Shown here: piece by piece, positions 32,105 to 44,142 of the stretch | Layout: every line of letters begins with the position of its first letter | Numbering within the stretch: the stretch's first letter is position 1 | Assembly: GCA_047285535.1 (NCBI GenBank) | Contig: JBJBDC010000001.1 | Coordinates: 2,272,136-2,336,135, forward strand | Length of the DNA stretch: 64,000 nucleotides | Direction: 5' to 3' | Source of the DNA: Synechococcus sp. | Lineage (GTDB): Bacteria > Cyanobacteriota > Cyanobacteriia > PCC-6307 > Cyanobiaceae | Made by a program: the position numbers and the translations under genes | The notes under the pieces: model-generated | What the model was told of the DNA's origin: nothing | The model's database searches: none | Seen by the model: only the letters and a program-made list of their open reading frames with translations

Positions 32105-32878
32105 ATGTCCCGCCTTTCTCTGCTGCCTGCTGAGCTCCGCCGCAGCCTGGAACAGCGTTCCGCACTCAAGGTGATCGCCGGTCTGATGAATTTCGATCCC
32201 ACCAATGTGGCGATGGTGGCTTCTGCCGCAGGTCGTGGTGGTGCTGATTTGATTGATTTGGCCTGTGATTCGGAGCTGGTCAAGTTGGCCATCAAGGCCT
32301 CAGGTGGTGTGCCGGTTTGTGTGTCTGCAGTGGACCCTGAGTTGTTTCCTGCCGCTGTGGATGCTGGTGCAGTGATGGTGGAGATTGGCAATTACGACGC
32401 CTTCTACCCCCAAGGGCGAATCTTTGATGCTGCTGAAGTGTTGGCGCTGACCTGCAGGACACGTGAGCTACTGCCCAAGGTGGTGATGAGTGTCACGGTG
32501 CCTCACGTTCTGCCGATGGACCAACAAGAACTTCTTGCTGTTGATTTGGTCGCAGCCGGTGCTGATTTGATTCAAACAGAGGGGGGTACCAGTGCGAAGC
32601 CATCCAGCCCAGGCAGCCTTGGTTTGATTGAGAAAGCAGCTCCCACTTTGGCTGCGGCTCACAGCATCAGTGCCGCTTTGAAGCAATCAAAGTGCGTTGT
32701 GCCCGTACTGTGTGCGTCTGGCTTGTCTGCCGTCACCGTACCGATGGCCGTTGCTGCTGGCGCTGCTGGTGTGGGGGTGGGATCGGCGGTGAATCGTCTT
32801 TCCGATGAACTGGCGATGACAGCAGTGGTGTGCGCCCTTCGCGAAGCTCTTGGCAAGTCAGTCACCAGCTGCGTTTGA
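32105..32878 (+). CDS. DUF561 / Ycf23-family protein
   Basis: LKVIAGLMNFD, EIGNYDAFY and IQTEGG. Confidence 0.85.
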   Translation: MSRLSLLPAELRRSLEQRSALKVIAGLMNFDPTNVAMVASAAGRGGADLIDLACDSELVKLAIKASGGVPVCVSAVDPELFPAAVDAGAVMVEIGNYDAFYPQGRIFDAAEVLALTCRTRELLPKVVMSVTVPHVLPMDQQELLAVDLVAAGADLIQTEGGTSAKPSSPGSLGLIEKAAPTLAAAHSISAALKQSKCVVPVLCASGLSAVTVPMAVAAGAAGVGVGSAVNRLSDELAMTAVVCALREALGKSVTSCV

Positions 32879-33029
32879 GCTGGCCGCCTTGGCAACGTCG
32901 GCCTTGGGCTCCTCAGCGCCGAGCTCTTTCATGAAGAAATCAATATGGAATTAAAGAGAACTCCCTGATCAGCGTGATTGCTCATGGGCAGTGCCTCCTG
33001 TTGATTCCTAATTTGAGCTCAGTAAAGGT

Positions 33030-33461
33030 TTGATCGTGATGGGACCTCTTGGCTGGTTGCTGCAGTGGCCGATTCGGGGGCTTGTTTTGCTTGTGGTTGC
33101 TGCGCTGCCCCTTGGTGTGGAGCTGGCCAGTTTTGGTACGGCGCTTTGGGCAGCGGTCTTGATTGGCTTCTTGGGCACTCTTTTGATCGTTCCGCTCAAA
33201 TTAGTGTTCGGTCCCGTGTGGGCCATCACTTCATTAGGCGGATTGATCTCGCCGGTGTCGTTTTTGTTCAATTGGATGATCACGGTCATCTTGTTTGGAT
33301 TGGCCGCTTGGTTGATTCAGGGTTTTCGTCTTAAGAACGGTTTGATCAGCGCCATTTTTGGTGCCGTTGTGTACAGCGTGATCAGTGCCATTGTGTTGCG
33401 CGCTCTTGGTCTGGCCGATGTGGATTTCACGAGGGCAGCCTTGAGTGGATCGGTGGCCTAG
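33030..33461 (+). CDS. Four-TM membrane protein ('phage holin family', superfamily IV/YvlD-like)
   Basis: Four hydrophobic segments; FGTALWAAVLIG and GFRLKNG pattern. Confidence 0.7.
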   Translation: MIVMGPLGWLLQWPIRGLVLLVVAALPLGVELASFGTALWAAVLIGFLGTLLIVPLKLVFGPVWAITSLGGLISPVSFLFNWMITVILFGLAAWLIQGFRLKNGLISAIFGAVVYSVISAIVLRALGLADVDFTRAALSGSVA

Positions 33462-33572
33462 AGGCTCCTTGTTGGGTCTGCTCCTTGTTGACTTCAGCTG
33501 CTGCGGAGTCACCGGATCTTCGGGAATCGCCGTAGCCTGAGGAGCCTTCCCATAGGCGTACGCCCCCTGAAC

Positions 33573-35612
33573 ATGCCCGCCTACGAGCTATCGGCGCCTT
33601 ACACCCCTAAAGGGGATCAACCTTCGGCTATTGCCCAATTGGTGGAGGGTGTGAATCGTGGAAAGCGTTATCAAACTCTTCTGGGTGCAACGGGTACGGG
33701 TAAGACGTTCACAATGGCCAATGTGATCGCCCAGACAGGACGCCCGGCTCTTGTACTAGCTCACAACAAGACGTTGGCCGCTCAGCTTTGCAATGAGTTG
33801 AGAGAGTTCTTTCCTCATAACGCTGTTGAATATTTTATTTCTTACTACGATTACTACCAGCCGGAAGCCTATGTTCCGGTGAGTGATACTTATATAGCCA
33901 AGACGGCATCGATCAATGAAGAGATCGATATGTTGCGTCATTCAGCGACGCGCTCACTATTCGAGCGCCGCGACGTCATTGTGGTGGCCTCGATCAGTTG
34001 TATTTACGGGCTTGGAATTCCAAGTGAATACCTCAAAGCTTCTGTCCCTTTCCAGGTTGGTGAGACTGTGGATTTGCGTAGATCGTTGCGCGAGTTGGTC
34101 AATAATCAGTACAACCGTAATGACACAGAGGCTGGCCGTGGTCGTTTTCGTGTAAAGGGAGATGTGCTCGAGATTGGTCCGGCCTATGACGATCGGCTAG
34201 TAAGAATAGAGCTGTTTGGTGATGAGATCGAAGCAATCCGCTATGTCGATCCAATCACGGGAGAAATTCTTCAAAGTTTGGATGCAATCAGTATTTATCC
34301 GGCCAAACATTTTGTGACCCCTAAAGAGCGGCTCAATGATGCAGTAAGGGCTATTCGTAGTGAGCTTAAGGATCAATTGGAGTTTCTGAATGGTGAGGGC
34401 AAATTGCTTGAGGCGCAACGCTTGGAACAACGCGCCAAGTATGACCTGGAAATGCTGCAACAAATTGGATATTGCAATGGAGTTGAGAACTACGCGCGTC
34501 ACTTAGCCGGTCGTGAGCCTGGATCAGCACCGGAATGCCTGATTGATTACTTCCCTGACGACTGGTTGTTGATCGTCGATGAAAGTCATGTGACCTGCTC
34601 CCAGCTGCATGCGATGTACAACGGCGATCAGGCACGCAAGAAAGTGCTGATTGACCATGGCTTCCGCTTGCCCAGCGCCGCTGATAACCGACCACTCAAA
34701 TCAGAAGAGTTTTGGAGTAAAGCCAGGCAAACCGTGTTTGTGAGTGCCACTCCAGGCAATTGGGAGATGGAGGTCAGTGAAGGGCAAGTGGCCGAACAGG
34801 TCATTCGACCCACAGGAGTGCTTGATCCGATCGTTGAAGTGCGACCAACAACCGGACAGGTTGATGACCTGCTTGGCGAAATTCGTGATCGTGCTTCAAA
34901 GCAGCAGCGTGTGTTGGTGACGACCCTCACCAAGCGGATGGCCGAGGACCTAACCGATTACTTGGCAGAGAACAAAGTACGTGTGCGCTATTTGCACTCT
35001 GAGATTCACTCAATCGAGCGGATCGAGATCATTCAAGATCTACGACTAGGTGAATACGATGTTCTTGTTGGTGTGAATTTGTTACGGGAAGGTCTTGATC
35101 TTCCAGAAGTCTCCTTGGTGGCAATTCTGGATGCAGATAAAGAAGGGTTCTTGCGGGCCCAGCGATCACTGATTCAAACGATCGGTCGTGCAGCGCGTCA
35201 TGTGGAGGGGAAGGCGTTGCTCTACGCGGAGACCATGACGGACTCGATGGCTAAGGCGATTGAAGAAACAGAAAGACGGCGCAAGATTCAGCACACCTAC
35301 AATGAAAGGCACGGAATTGTTCCTAAAGCCGCTGGCAAGAAGGCCAGTAATTCAATTCTTAATTTTCTGGAATTGTCGCGCAAACTCAAAACGGACGGCC
35401 CGGACGCTGACTTGGTCAAAGTGGCAGGTAAAGCTGTTCAAGCTTTAGAAGAGGAAAGTGACGGAATGGCTCTGGATGCTTTGCCGGAACTCATCGATCA
35501 GCTTGAGATGAAGATGAAGGAATCTGCTAAGAAGCTTGATTTCGAGGAAGCGGCAAATTTGCGTGACCGGATTAAGAAATTGCGTCAGAAGTTGGTTGGC
35601 AGTGGCAGATGA
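33573..35612 (+). CDS. uvrB: Excinuclease ABC subunit B
   Basis: [22 protein letters not shown] and QTIGRAAR; C-terminal UVR domain. Confidence 0.98.
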   Translation: MPAYELSAPYTPKGDQPSAIAQLVEGVNRGKRYQTLLGATGTGKTFTMANVIAQTGRPALVLAHNKTLAAQLCNELREFFPHNAVEYFISYYDYYQPEAYVPVSDTYIAKTASINEEIDMLRHSATRSLFERRDVIVVASISCIYGLGIPSEYLKASVPFQVGETVDLRRSLRELVNNQYNRNDTEAGRGRFRVKGDVLEIGPAYDDRLVRIELFGDEIEAIRYVDPITGEILQSLDAISIYPAKHFVTPKERLNDAVRAIRSELKDQLEFLNGEGKLLEAQRLEQRAKYDLEMLQQIGYCNGVENYARHLAGREPGSAPECLIDYFPDDWLLIVDESHVTCSQLHAMYNGDQARKKVLIDHGFRLPSAADNRPLKSEEFWSKARQTVFVSATPGNWEMEVSEGQVAEQVIRPTGVLDPIVEVRPTTGQVDDLLGEIRDRASKQQRVLVTTLTKRMAEDLTDYLAENKVRVRYLHSEIHSIERIEIIQDLRLGEYDVLVGVNLLREGLDLPEVSLVAILDADKEGFLRAQRSLIQTIGRAARHVEGKALLYAETMTDSMAKAIEETERRRKIQHTYNERHGIVPKAAGKKASNSILNFLELSRKLKTDGPDADLVKVAGKAVQALEEESDGMALDALPELIDQLEMKMKESAKKLDFEEAANLRDRIKKLRQKLVGSGR

Positions 35613-37415
35613 TTAGTCCTTTAAAGGTGATTCTGTTCCTTGCGCTTCATGGCATTCAAAGCCACCGAGTTGAAAGCCTGCGTGAACAGCTTGAAGGGCT
35701 TTGATGCCATCGGTTTCTGCGACGACACAGCTGGTGCGTATTTCGCTGGTCGCGATCAGTTCGATGTTCACACCGGCTTCGGCGAGAAAACGGAACATTC
35801 GTCCTGCCGTCCCAGCGGTGGCAGGCATTCCCGCACCGATCGCGCTGATGCGTGCAATTGCATGCCCATCCTCCAGAACGGCACCAGGCCATTGGGCTAG
35901 CAGTGGCGCCAAGGCTTGATCAGAAGCTGCTCGATCCTCACGCTTCACCACGAAACTGATGTCGCGGCTGCCATTGGCGTGCTGTCGTTCGGATTGGACG
36001 ATCGCTTCAAGGCTGATGCCGGCATCGGCGAGAGCTGAACAGAGTGAACCTGCCGTGCCAGGCCGGTCAGGAACTTGGCGCACGCTCACTTGAGCCTGGT
36101 CCCGATCCAAGGCCACGCCTCTCACTTCAGGTTCCCCTTCTCCGCTGACTGGAGGGTTGATGTGTTGCTGCTCCGGGCTGAGCTCGAAGGCTTGTTGAGC
36201 GGCTTGCAAGGCCTTGCCGCCCATCGACGCCTCCACCACGCAGCTCACTTTGACTTCGCTGGTGGCAATCAGGCGCACGTTGATTCCCTCTCGTGAGAGC
36301 GTGTCGAATAGCCCAGCGGCGATGCCTGGACGGCCCATAATCCCTGCACCTCGGATGCTCAGCTTGCTCATTCCTCCGTCAGCGCTGAGCTTCCCTCCCA
36401 GGCTGTCAACCAGCCTGGTGCAGATGCTATTGGCCTGGGCAAGGTCCGCTTCCGCAACGGTGAAGGTGATGTCGTTGCTGTTGCCTTCATGGGTGGCCTG
36501 AATGATGAGGTCGACGTTCACACCTCCTGCGGACAGGCTTTCGAACAGTCGGGCCGCGACCCCAGGCTGATCGGGCACATGAGACAGGGCGAGGACCGCT
36601 TGCTTCTCGATGAGTTCCACGCCGTCGACAGGGCGCCCGAGTTCCAGGCCGTCGCGGCCGATTGGTCTGGGATTGCGACTGGTGAGCTTGGTGCCTGGTT
36701 CATTGCTCCAGCTGGAGCGCACCACCAGGTTCACTCCGTAGTTTCGGGCAATTTCGACGGCACGGGGATGGAGCACGGCTGCGCCTAGGCTCGCCAATTC
36801 GAGCATTTCATCGCAGCTGACCTGGGGCATCAGCTGAGCATTGGCGACTTTGCGGGGGTCCGTGGTCAGCACCCCTGGCACATCAGTGAAAATCTCGCAG
36901 CTATCGGCACCCAGGGCTGCGGCTAACGCGACAGCTGAGGTATCAGATCCTCCCCTGCCGAGGGTGGTGATTTCGGCGGTGCCTCCACGGCTCAGACTGG
37001 TGCCCTGGAAGCCAGCTACCACCACAACTTGGCCTTCTGCAAGCCTGGCGCGTAGGCGGTCGGTCCGCACATCAAGGATTCGGGCTCGGCCATGGGCGGA
37101 TTCAGTCACGATTCCCACCTGGGCACCGGTCATCGAGACTGCTGGCACCCCTAGCTCATGTAAGGCCATCGCAAGGAGGGCGATTGAGACCTGTTCCCCA
37201 GTGGAGAGCAGCATGTCCATCTCCCGTTGGGGGGGAGCTGAGCTGATGGCTTTTGCCTTGGCGGTCAGCTCATCGGTGGTGTGGCCCATGGCCGACACCA
37301 CAATCACCAAATCATTGCCTTCTTCTTTGCAAGCGGCGATGCGCTGGGCAACGGCCTGCAGGCGTTCAACATTGCCGACGGACGTACCGCCGAACTTCTG
37401 AACCAGCAGGGCCAT
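35613..37415 (-). CDS. lysC: Aspartate kinase (cyanobacterial type, multiple ACT domains)
   Basis: VQKFGGTSV, TLGRGGSDTSA and DVPGVLTTDPR. Confidence 0.96.
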   Translation of the reverse strand: MALLVQKFGGTSVGNVERLQAVAQRIAACKEEGNDLVIVVSAMGHTTDELTAKAKAISSAPPQREMDMLLSTGEQVSIALLAMALHELGVPAVSMTGAQVGIVTESAHGRARILDVRTDRLRARLAEGQVVVVAGFQGTSLSRGGTAEITTLGRGGSDTSAVALAAALGADSCEIFTDVPGVLTTDPRKVANAQLMPQVSCDEMLELASLGAAVLHPRAVEIARNYGVNLVVRSSWSNEPGTKLTSRNPRPIGRDGLELGRPVDGVELIEKQAVLALSHVPDQPGVAARLFESLSAGGVNVDLIIQATHEGNSNDITFTVAEADLAQANSICTRLVDSLGGKLSADGGMSKLSIRGAGIMGRPGIAAGLFDTLSREGINVRLIATSEVKVSCVVEASMGGKALQAAQQAFELSPEQQHINPPVSGEGEPEVRGVALDRDQAQVSVRQVPDRPGTAGSLCSALADAGISLEAIVQSERQHANGSRDISFVVKREDRAASDQALAPLLAQWPGAVLEDGHAIARISAIGAGMPATAGTAGRMFRFLAEAGVNIELIATSEIRTSCVVAETDGIKALQAVHAGFQLGGFECHEAQGTESPLKD

Positions 37416-37540
37416 CAACGCCGTCTCCAATAGAAAGGGATTTTCTCATTGCGGCTGTTTTGGGCGTTGCCATCGATGACGTTTCGCCCACCGGCATTGG
37501 TTTGGTTGCAAAGCAAGACCACCATGATTGAGCACCGATA

Positions 37541-38137
37541 ATGCAGTGTTGTCATGAAGGCACTAGGTTCTGCGCTTCTTTTCTTTGTCCTCTCTTAATC
37601 GGCTTTGGATTTGTTGGTTCTGCTCCATCAATTTCAGGGCCCACTGTGTCTCAAGTGAGTGATTTTGAAAATAATGTGAAAACGCAGCAGTCTGGAAGTG
37701 GTATGAGGTTTTTAGGGTTTGGAGGATTTAATAATGTTGCTGAAAATAAATCTTATGTATCGCTTGATCTGCTAATTATTGATACAACAGCTGGCGAGGT
37801 TTTTGGTTATACAACTGTTGAAGGAAGGTCTGTCAATACAGCCAAGATTAAAGCTTCTGGTGGTTCTTTATTGCTTCTCGCTGGTTTGATTGGAGGGTTG
37901 ATAGGGGCCAGTGGTTTAGGTGCCTAGGGACTTGCAGCTGCTGGAGCTTTGAGTTTCAATGAATCGTCTAGTGAAACAAAAAATGTGCCCGTGGCGAAAG
38001 CTGTTCGCGCAGCACTTATTGCGGCGTCAAATTATGTGGCATGTGTTTTAGTTCGCAAAGATCAGTGTCTTGTTGGTTATGTAAAGAGTAATTCTCGGCG
38101 CCGCCAAAATACATTGGATGTGCTCAAGATGGATTAG
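37541..38137 (+). pseudogene. CsgG/HfaB-like protein pseudogene
   Basis: ORFs 37541-37927 and 37949-38137 are in the same frame, split by TAG at 37925-37927. YVSLDLLIIDTTAGEV..TVEG resembles the CsgG DLRvvdttTGEV motif. AT-rich. Confidence 0.65.
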
Positions 38138-38186
38138 TGGAAAGTGGATTTGATTGTTCCTTGAAAATGGTTCATCAAGCAGCGTT

Positions 38187-39152
38187 TCAGCTCAAGAGTC
38201 CGTCGCGAAATGCATGGCTTGGTAATGCGCCTCGTTTGAGTCTTGCCTCTACTTCCAACAACCGTCCTAATAGGGATAAAAAGCGTTTAGGTTGTCTTCC
38301 TTGTAACTGCTTGCGCATCACATAAATCCGTTTTGGATTGCCAATTCCGGCGGCTTTGGCAATCACCGCAACATCCCGTTCGCCCTGTTGCTCCAGCATG
38401 CTCACCCAGAGCCAACCGCGGATCTGACCTGTCAGAGTGGCAAGGATGCGTAGGGCAGGTTCGCCTGCATTGATAAGGGCGTCCCAGCGGGCAATGGCTT
38501 CTCCTGGATCGCCATCCAAGAGGGCATCCCCAACCGCGAGGGCATTCGTTGCTCTTCCTGTCACCAGCTCTTTGACGAGCTCGGCGTTGATCGTCGAGGT
38601 GCGTAGGGAAAGTTTGCGAAGTTCCGATTCCAGTCGGGAGCTATCGGTTCCTATGGCCTCTAGAAGGGCGTCGATAGCATCTGGATCCAGCGTGAGCGAG
38701 AGCGCTTCGGCGGTGCGCTTTACTAGCAGGCGCTGTCCATTGCCGTCCCAGGCTGTTGGCAGGGGGAAGCCCTTCTCCAAGTCTAAACCTTGTTTGATCC
38801 GCTTTTGCAGTTTTTTGGTCGTGCGCAGTCGTCCGTCTGGTTTCGCTGGGTTGCTGAGTATTAAGTGGGTGCTTGCTGGGATCAGTTCGAGGATGGCTTC
38901 AAAGCGATCGGCCAGGTCGCTCGGGCAAGCGTTGCAGAACGGTGAGCGTTGAAGCAGAACCACGCGCATGCCTCCGCCGAAGGGAGGGGTGCGTGCTTCT
39001 TCAAGGGCCTGTTGGGCTTGGCCAGCTTCGCTGCCATCGAGGCGGCTGAGATTGATGCTGCTCCATGTGGGATCGATGGCTTCCTCGATCAAGGCTGCGA
39101 TGGCGCGATCGCGGGCAGCACTGTCGTCACCCCAGAGAAGATGGATGGGCAT
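38187..39152 (-). CDS. holA: DNA polymerase III subunit delta
   Basis: MPIHLLWGDD, ARTPPFG, KPDGRL and GIGNPKRIY. Confidence 0.92.
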   Translation of the reverse strand: MPIHLLWGDDSAARDRAIAALIEEAIDPTWSSINLSRLDGSEAGQAQQALEEARTPPFGGGMRVVLLQRSPFCNACPSDLADRFEAILELIPASTHLILSNPAKPDGRLRTTKKLQKRIKQGLDLEKGFPLPTAWDGNGQRLLVKRTAEALSLTLDPDAIDALLEAIGTDSSRLESELRKLSLRTSTINAELVKELVTGRATNALAVGDALLDGDPGEAIARWDALINAGEPALRILATLTGQIRGWLWVSMLEQQGERDVAVIAKAAGIGNPKRIYVMRKQLQGRQPKRFLSLLGRLLEVEARLKRGALPSHAFRDGLLS

Positions 39153-39192
39153 GAAGGAGGTGGGGAGCGAGGACAAGGTTCGGTGTGCGTTG

Positions 39193-39852
39193 ATGATGCC
39201 GGAATTGCTTCTTGATCCTCTGAACAGCGATCATCCAATCTTTAGCGAAAGCATCCGTCGCATCCGGGCCCTGTTGGGAGCTACCGGTCTGGAACCTTTG
39301 CAGCAACAAGTCTTAGAGAGGGTTGTCCACAGCAGTGGTGATCCATCACTGCAGAGCCTGCTGGCATTCACTCCTGGTGCTTGTGAAGCCGGGATTCAGG
39401 CTTTAACAGCAGGGGCTTTGATCTTGACGGATACGGCGATGGCGGCGGCAGCGGTTCGGCCAATGGCAGAGCGCACCTTGGGAAATAAGGTGCGCTGCCT
39501 TCTTGATTGGGCCCCGGCCAAGGCGCCGCAAGGCTCCACCCGATCGGCGATGGCAATGGCTCGCGCTTGGCCGGAGCTCATTAGGGTCGCTGAGGACGCA
39601 GAGCAGCCCTTACCCCTTGTATTAATTGGCAGTGCTCCAACGGCTTTGGAGCAACTTCTGGATCAACTGGATGGCGGGGCTCAGAGCCCCAGCCTGATGA
39701 TTGGTATGCCGGTGGGGTTTGTGGGAGTGCCGGAGAGCAAACGTCGCTTGGCTGGTACAACCCTGGATCAGATCCGCTTGGACGGCACCCGTGGTGGTGC
39801 AGGGCTGGTCGCAGCCGCTGTGAATGCTCTGTTAAGTCAGGCGGCAAGTTGA
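39193..39852 (+). CDS. cobH: Precorrin-8X methylmutase
   Basis: [27 protein letters not shown] and [13 protein letters not shown]. Confidence 0.92.
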   Translation: MMPELLLDPLNSDHPIFSESIRRIRALLGATGLEPLQQQVLERVVHSSGDPSLQSLLAFTPGACEAGIQALTAGALILTDTAMAAAAVRPMAERTLGNKVRCLLDWAPAKAPQGSTRSAMAMARAWPELIRVAEDAEQPLPLVLIGSAPTALEQLLDQLDGGAQSPSLMIGMPVGFVGVPESKRRLAGTTLDQIRLDGTRGGAGLVAAAVNALLSQAAS

Positions 39853-42611
39853 TCGAGGACTTGCTGCGCCCTTTGCACCACAGGTTGGGGCACCCCCGCT
39901 AATCGAGCTGCTTCAATGCCATAGCTGCGGCTGGCGCCTCCGGCCGCAACCCTGTGGAGAAACACCAGATCGCTGCCAGTTTCTTCAACAAGGACTTGGT
40001 AGTTGGCCACATTGGTTCGTTCGCCTGCAAGGGCATTGAGCTCGTGATAATGGGTGGCAAAGACGGTGCGCGCTTTGAGATCGCCGGCCAGATGTTCGCT
40101 GACGGCCCAGGCGATCGACAACCCATCAAAGGTGGCGGTGCCCCGCCCGATCTCGTCGAGGAGTACGAGTGAGCGTTCGCTGGCGTGATGCAGGATGTTG
40201 GCGGTTTCTGCCATCTCCACCATGAAAGTGGATTGGCCGGCGGCGAGATCATCCACCGCCCCCACGCGGGTGAAGATCCGATCGGCGATACCGATCCGAG
40301 CCACCTGTGCTGGAACCCAACTGCCCACCTGAGCCAGGAGCTGGATCAGGCCGATTTGGCGGAGGTAGCAGCTTTTGCCGCTGGCATTCGGCCCAGTTAG
40401 CACCATTAAATCGATGCCTGTTCCCAGGTCACTGTCATTCGGGGTGAATGCTTCTTCCACCAGCAGTTGCTCGACCACTGGATGACGGCCCTGGTTGATG
40501 ACCAAGCTTCGATCTAACGTGATCTCAGGTGGACACCAGCCTCCAGTGCTTGCTGTTTCAGCAAGGCTGGTCATGGCATCGAGACCAGCGATAGCGCGCG
40601 CGGATCGGCGAATCGCTTCTGCGTGATCCCCTACTTTCACGCGCAGTTGACAGAACAGTTCGTATTCGCGTTGCGAGGCTCGAGCTCGCATCTGAAAGAT
40701 CAGCCCCTCTCTGGCTTTGAGGTCAGGTGTGATGAAGCGTTCTTCATTCGTCAGGGTTTGGCGCCGGATCCAGTGATCTGGCACGGTGCCGGAGCGCGCC
40801 CGACTCACAGACAGGAAATAACCAAAGGTCCGGTGATATTGAAGTTTGAGGTTGCTGTTGTTGCTGCGCTGACGTTCCAGTTGCTCTTGTTCGGCCAGCC
40901 ACCGTTCCTGGTCATCGAGCTGATTGCGTAAGCCATCCAGGATGGGATCGACACCGTCGTGAATCAGGCCTCCCTCGCTGAGGCTGAGAGGTGGGCTATC
41001 GACCAGTTGATGGCGGATGTTGACTCCGAGCGCCGATAAAACTGGATTAGGTGCAAGGACATCCTTCAGCCAAGTAGGACCGCCATCGAGCTGGCTGCCG
41101 ATCAGATTGGCGAGCTTGGGTAGTCGCTCTAGGCCATCGGCGATCGCCACGAGATCTCTGGCTCCTGCATGGCCAGCCCCGGCGCGTCCAGCGAGTCGTT
41201 CCAGGTCACCCATGGGGCGTAGTAAGCGGCGCAAAGCCTGACGCAAAGGCCTCTTGCTCACCAATTGGCTCACGCTTGCTTGGCGGGCTTGAATGAGGGA
41301 GGCATCCATCAGTGGGGCAACAACCCAGCGACGCAGGCAACGGGCGCCCATGGCGGTGAGGGTGCGATCAATCGCCCACAGCAATGAGCCTTGAAATTGG
41401 CTATCACGCTGGGTGGCGGTTAGCTCGAGATTGCGGCGGGTTTGGGCATCTAGGACGAGGGCGTCGCCTGGGAAACAGGTGATCGGTCGCTCCAGGGGCG
41501 GAGGTGTGATCCCGTCGTCGTCAAGTGGGCAGGTGTCACCCAAATAGGCGAGTAGTCCGCCGGCGGCACGCATGGCGAGGGGAACATTGTGTAGCCCTAG
41601 GCCGTCGAGGGTTTGCAACCGGAATCGCTCCAAGAGCAGCGCTTCTGCTTCCGGTTGGCTGAAGGCTGTGCTGCCGAGTTCGCAGCGTTGCACGTGCTCC
41701 GGACACCAGCTGGGTGCAACATTGTCTTGGCTGTGGTGGATCAGTTCCGCCGGATCGAGCCGCGAAAGCTCTTGATGCAGAGAGGCGCTGGTGTCTTGTT
41801 CGCGAACCAAAAATTCTCCTGTGCTCACATCGGCGCAGGCCAGCCCCCAGCGGAAGGGGTTTCGGCCGCGGGCCGGTTCAACCACCACGGCTGCAAGCCA
41901 GTTGTTACGGCGAGCGCTGAGCAGGCCTTCTTCCAGGACGGTGCCAGGTGTTAACACTCTGGTGATGTCACGCCGCAACAAGGTTCCTTTAGTGGACCCA
42001 CTGGCAGGGGCGGTTTCGAGCTGGTCGCACAAGGCCACACTGAGGCCCTGGCGAATCAGTTCTGAGCAGTACCGCTCAGCGGCGTGATGAGGGATGCCTG
42101 CCATCGGCACCCGTCCAATCTTTTTGCCGGCTTCTTTCCCCGTGAGGGTGAGTTCCAGCAGGCGGGACAGCTTGATGGCATCTTCGAAAAAGCATTCGAA
42201 GAAATCGCCGAGTCGGTAGAGCAATACCCGATCGGGATGGGCTGCTTTGAGCTCCACGTAGTGGCGGAGCATCGGGGTGAGCTGCTCCAGTTTGACCTGA
42301 CTGTGGTGTGACCAAGGAGGAAGATCGTCGTCGCTATTGGCGTTAGAAGTAATTTCTGAAGTTGCTGCCTCGTTGTCGAGGCTCGTTGAGGGATCCGATT
42401 GCTGGCGTCGGCGTGGGCGCAGTTTGGCGTCTTCGGTGAGCTCTTTGTCATCCAGCTGACTGTGGTCAGCCTTCTTCTGCTGGTTTTGGATCGGAATTGA
42501 GTTGGTGGGTTCCGCATCCCCAAAAAGGTTGCCCTGCAGGGCCAGGTCCGGTTGGGGCACGGGAGGCACTGCAACAAGAGGATCGTAAGACTCGCTCCAA
42601 CGGATCACCAC
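39837..42611 (-). CDS. mutS: DNA mismatch repair protein MutS
   Basis: [37 protein letters not shown] and SYGIEAA. Start uncertain. Confidence 0.97.
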   Translation of the reverse strand: MVIRWSESYDPLVAVPPVPQPDLALQGNLFGDAEPTNSIPIQNQQKKADHSQLDDKELTEDAKLRPRRRQQSDPSTSLDNEAATSEITSNANSDDDLPPWSHHSQVKLEQLTPMLRHYVELKAAHPDRVLLYRLGDFFECFFEDAIKLSRLLELTLTGKEAGKKIGRVPMAGIPHHAAERYCSELIRQGLSVALCDQLETAPASGSTKGTLLRRDITRVLTPGTVLEEGLLSARRNNWLAAVVVEPARGRNPFRWGLACADVSTGEFLVREQDTSASLHQELSRLDPAELIHHSQDNVAPSWCPEHVQRCELGSTAFSQPEAEALLLERFRLQTLDGLGLHNVPLAMRAAGGLLAYLGDTCPLDDDGITPPPLERPITCFPGDALVLDAQTRRNLELTATQRDSQFQGSLLWAIDRTLTAMGARCLRRWVVAPLMDASLIQARQASVSQLVSKRPLRQALRRLLRPMGDLERLAGRAGAGHAGARDLVAIADGLERLPKLANLIGSQLDGGPTWLKDVLAPNPVLSALGVNIRHQLVDSPPLSLSEGGLIHDGVDPILDGLRNQLDDQERWLAEQEQLERQRSNNSNLKLQYHRTFGYFLSVSRARSGTVPDHWIRRQTLTNEERFITPDLKAREGLIFQMRARASQREYELFCQLRVKVGDHAEAIRRSARAIAGLDAMTSLAETASTGGWCPPEITLDRSLVINQGRHPVVEQLLVEEAFTPNDSDLGTGIDLMVLTGPNASGKSCYLRQIGLIQLLAQVGSWVPAQVARIGIADRIFTRVGAVDDLAAGQSTFMVEMAETANILHHASERSLVLLDEIGRGTATFDGLSIAWAVSEHLAGDLKARTVFATHYHELNALAGERTNVANYQVLVEETGSDLVFLHRVAAGGASRSYGIEAARLAGVPQPVVQRAQQVLDQLAA

Positions 42612-42698
42612 AAGCTGTGAAGGTTGATTCCAAGGTGCGCAACCGTTCCACGTGCGTGTGAGAATCTTTATTCACCGACCTGGTGTCGAACCAAATCC

Positions 42699-42887
42699 AT
42701 GCAGATCCTCAACACTCTCACCGTGCTGGCCCTGGTGGTGATGTCGTTTGCCCTTATCGTGGCGGTTCCTGTGCTGTATGCATCCAGTCAGGACAGCGGA
42801 CGCTCCAACCGTCTGATTCTGCTAGGAAGCATCGCTTGGGTTGTCTTAGTGCTGCTCAACTGGGGTGTGAGCTACTTCGTGGTCTGA
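42699..42887 (+). CDS. psbZ: Photosystem II protein PsbZ
   Basis: 62 aa with two TM helices (SFALIVAVPVLYAS); upstream of ribH. Confidence 0.93.
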   Translation: MQILNTLTVLALVVMSFALIVAVPVLYASSQDSGRSNRLILLGSIAWVVLVLLNWGVSYFVV

Positions 42888-42950
42888 ATCCATTGCAAAG
42901 TGATTCGGCTCTCCTTGATGGGAGCATGGTCTGAATTGCTCTGCCATTTC

Positions 42951-43433
42951 ATGGCTACGTTTGAAGGAAGGTTCACTGATTTAGCCCAGGTTCGCATCGC
43001 TGTCGTTGTGGCCCGTTTTAACGATCTCGTCACTGGAAAACTGTTGAGCGGTTGTCTGGATTGCTTGTCTCGTCATGGCGTTGATGTCAATGCAGATAGC
43101 AGTCAGCTCGATGTGGCCTGGGTGCCGGGATCGTTTGAGCTGCCTTTGGTGGCTCAAAACCTCGCGCGCTGCGGTCGCTATCAGGTTGTGATCACCCTTG
43201 GCGCGGTGATTCGTGGCGATACGCCCCATTTCGATGTAGTCGTTGCGGAAGCCAGTAAAGGCATTGCCAGCGTTGCGCGAGACACGGGCGTACCCGTCAT
43301 TTTTGGGGTTTTGACCACAGACACCATGCAGCAGGCTCTGGAGCGTGCGGGCATTAAAAGCAATCTTGGTTGGAGCTATGGATTGCAAGCCTTGGAAATG
43401 GCTTCTCTTATGAAGGCTTTACCGGGTCATTGA
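42951..43433 (+). CDS. ribH: 6,7-dimethyl-8-ribityllumazine synthase
   Basis: [21 protein letters not shown] and FGVLT. Confidence 0.97.
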   Translation: MATFEGRFTDLAQVRIAVVVARFNDLVTGKLLSGCLDCLSRHGVDVNADSSQLDVAWVPGSFELPLVAQNLARCGRYQVVITLGAVIRGDTPHFDVVVAEASKGIASVARDTGVPVIFGVLTTDTMQQALERAGIKSNLGWSYGLQALEMASLMKALPGH

Positions 43434-43497
43434 CCAAGGGCACCTTTGTGCTGCATGCTGCACGGGTCGTCATGAACCAACGGTTCAGATCGTCTTT

Positions 43498-43569
43498 GCG
43501 GATGTAGCTCAGTGGTAGAGCATCTCCTTGCCAAGGAGAGGGTCGAGAGTTCGAATCTCTTCATCCGCT
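43498..43569 (+). tRNA. tRNA-Gly (anticodon GCC); CCA not encoded
   Basis: Acceptor stem GCGGATG/CATCCGC, D-arm AGCTCAGTGGTAGAGC, anticodon arm TCTCC-TTGCCAA-GGAGA and T-loop TTCGAAT. Confidence 0.98.
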
Positions 43570-43578
43570 TGATGTTGA

Positions 43579-44034
43579 TCATTGTCTCCGTACCAGCAGG
43601 TGCTGCTTGTCAACGGTTTGGAATCCGAGTTGCTGATAAAACCCAGAGCTGTTTGTAGTCATTAAGTACACCCGTTCAGCGTCACGGATCGCTTTGGCGT
43701 TCAACAGTGCTTCCACCACTCTTCGGCCAAGGCCACGGCCTTGGAGATCGCCAGCGACGACCACATCCCAGAGCACTGCACGATGGATACCGTCGCTGGT
43801 GGCCCGCCCAAAGCCAACCATCCGTTTGCCGCGCCAGAGGCTCACGACCACGGTACTTCCAGCGAGCATCGCTTTCAGATCAGGGAGATTGCGTTGTTTG
43901 GCCCAGAAGGCGTGTTTATGAAGCAAACGGCGAAGTTTGAGCAGGCCGCGGCTTGGTTTCAGATCCGGACCGATCCCAAACCAACGCAGGCCTGGAGCAC
44001 CTGTGGCATGTTGCACGAGTCGGATGCGGGCCAT
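43579..44034 (-). CDS. GNAT-family N-acetyltransferase
   Basis: VGFGRATSDG and DVVVAGDLQGRGLG (motif A); FYQQLGF. Confidence 0.9.
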   Translation of the reverse strand: MARIRLVQHATGAPGLRWFGIGPDLKPSRGLLKLRRLLHKHAFWAKQRNLPDLKAMLAGSTVVVSLWRGKRMVGFGRATSDGIHRAVLWDVVVAGDLQGRGLGRRVVEALLNAKAIRDAERVYLMTTNSSGFYQQLGFQTVDKQHLLVRRQ

Positions 44035-44142
44035 GGCGGATCGCTTGGGGCACCATCATCGGCTAGTGCAGAACTGCACTTGCACTCAGCTTGGCTGAGA
44101 AGATGAGATCAGCTCATCCCAGTGCGTGATCGCTGCTGAGTC

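Noticed and set aside
33030..33461. Prophage implied by the 'phage holin family' protein
   Set aside because: It is flanked by housekeeping genes, with no endolysin, structural or integrase genes nearby.
42644..42656. Half parS-like sequence GTTCCACGTG upstream of psbZ
   Set aside because: Only one arm matches and the palindrome does not extend beyond CACGTG.
43498..43569. tRNA-Gly as an island integration site
   Set aside because: I saw no duplicated tRNA 3' end and no integrase nearby.
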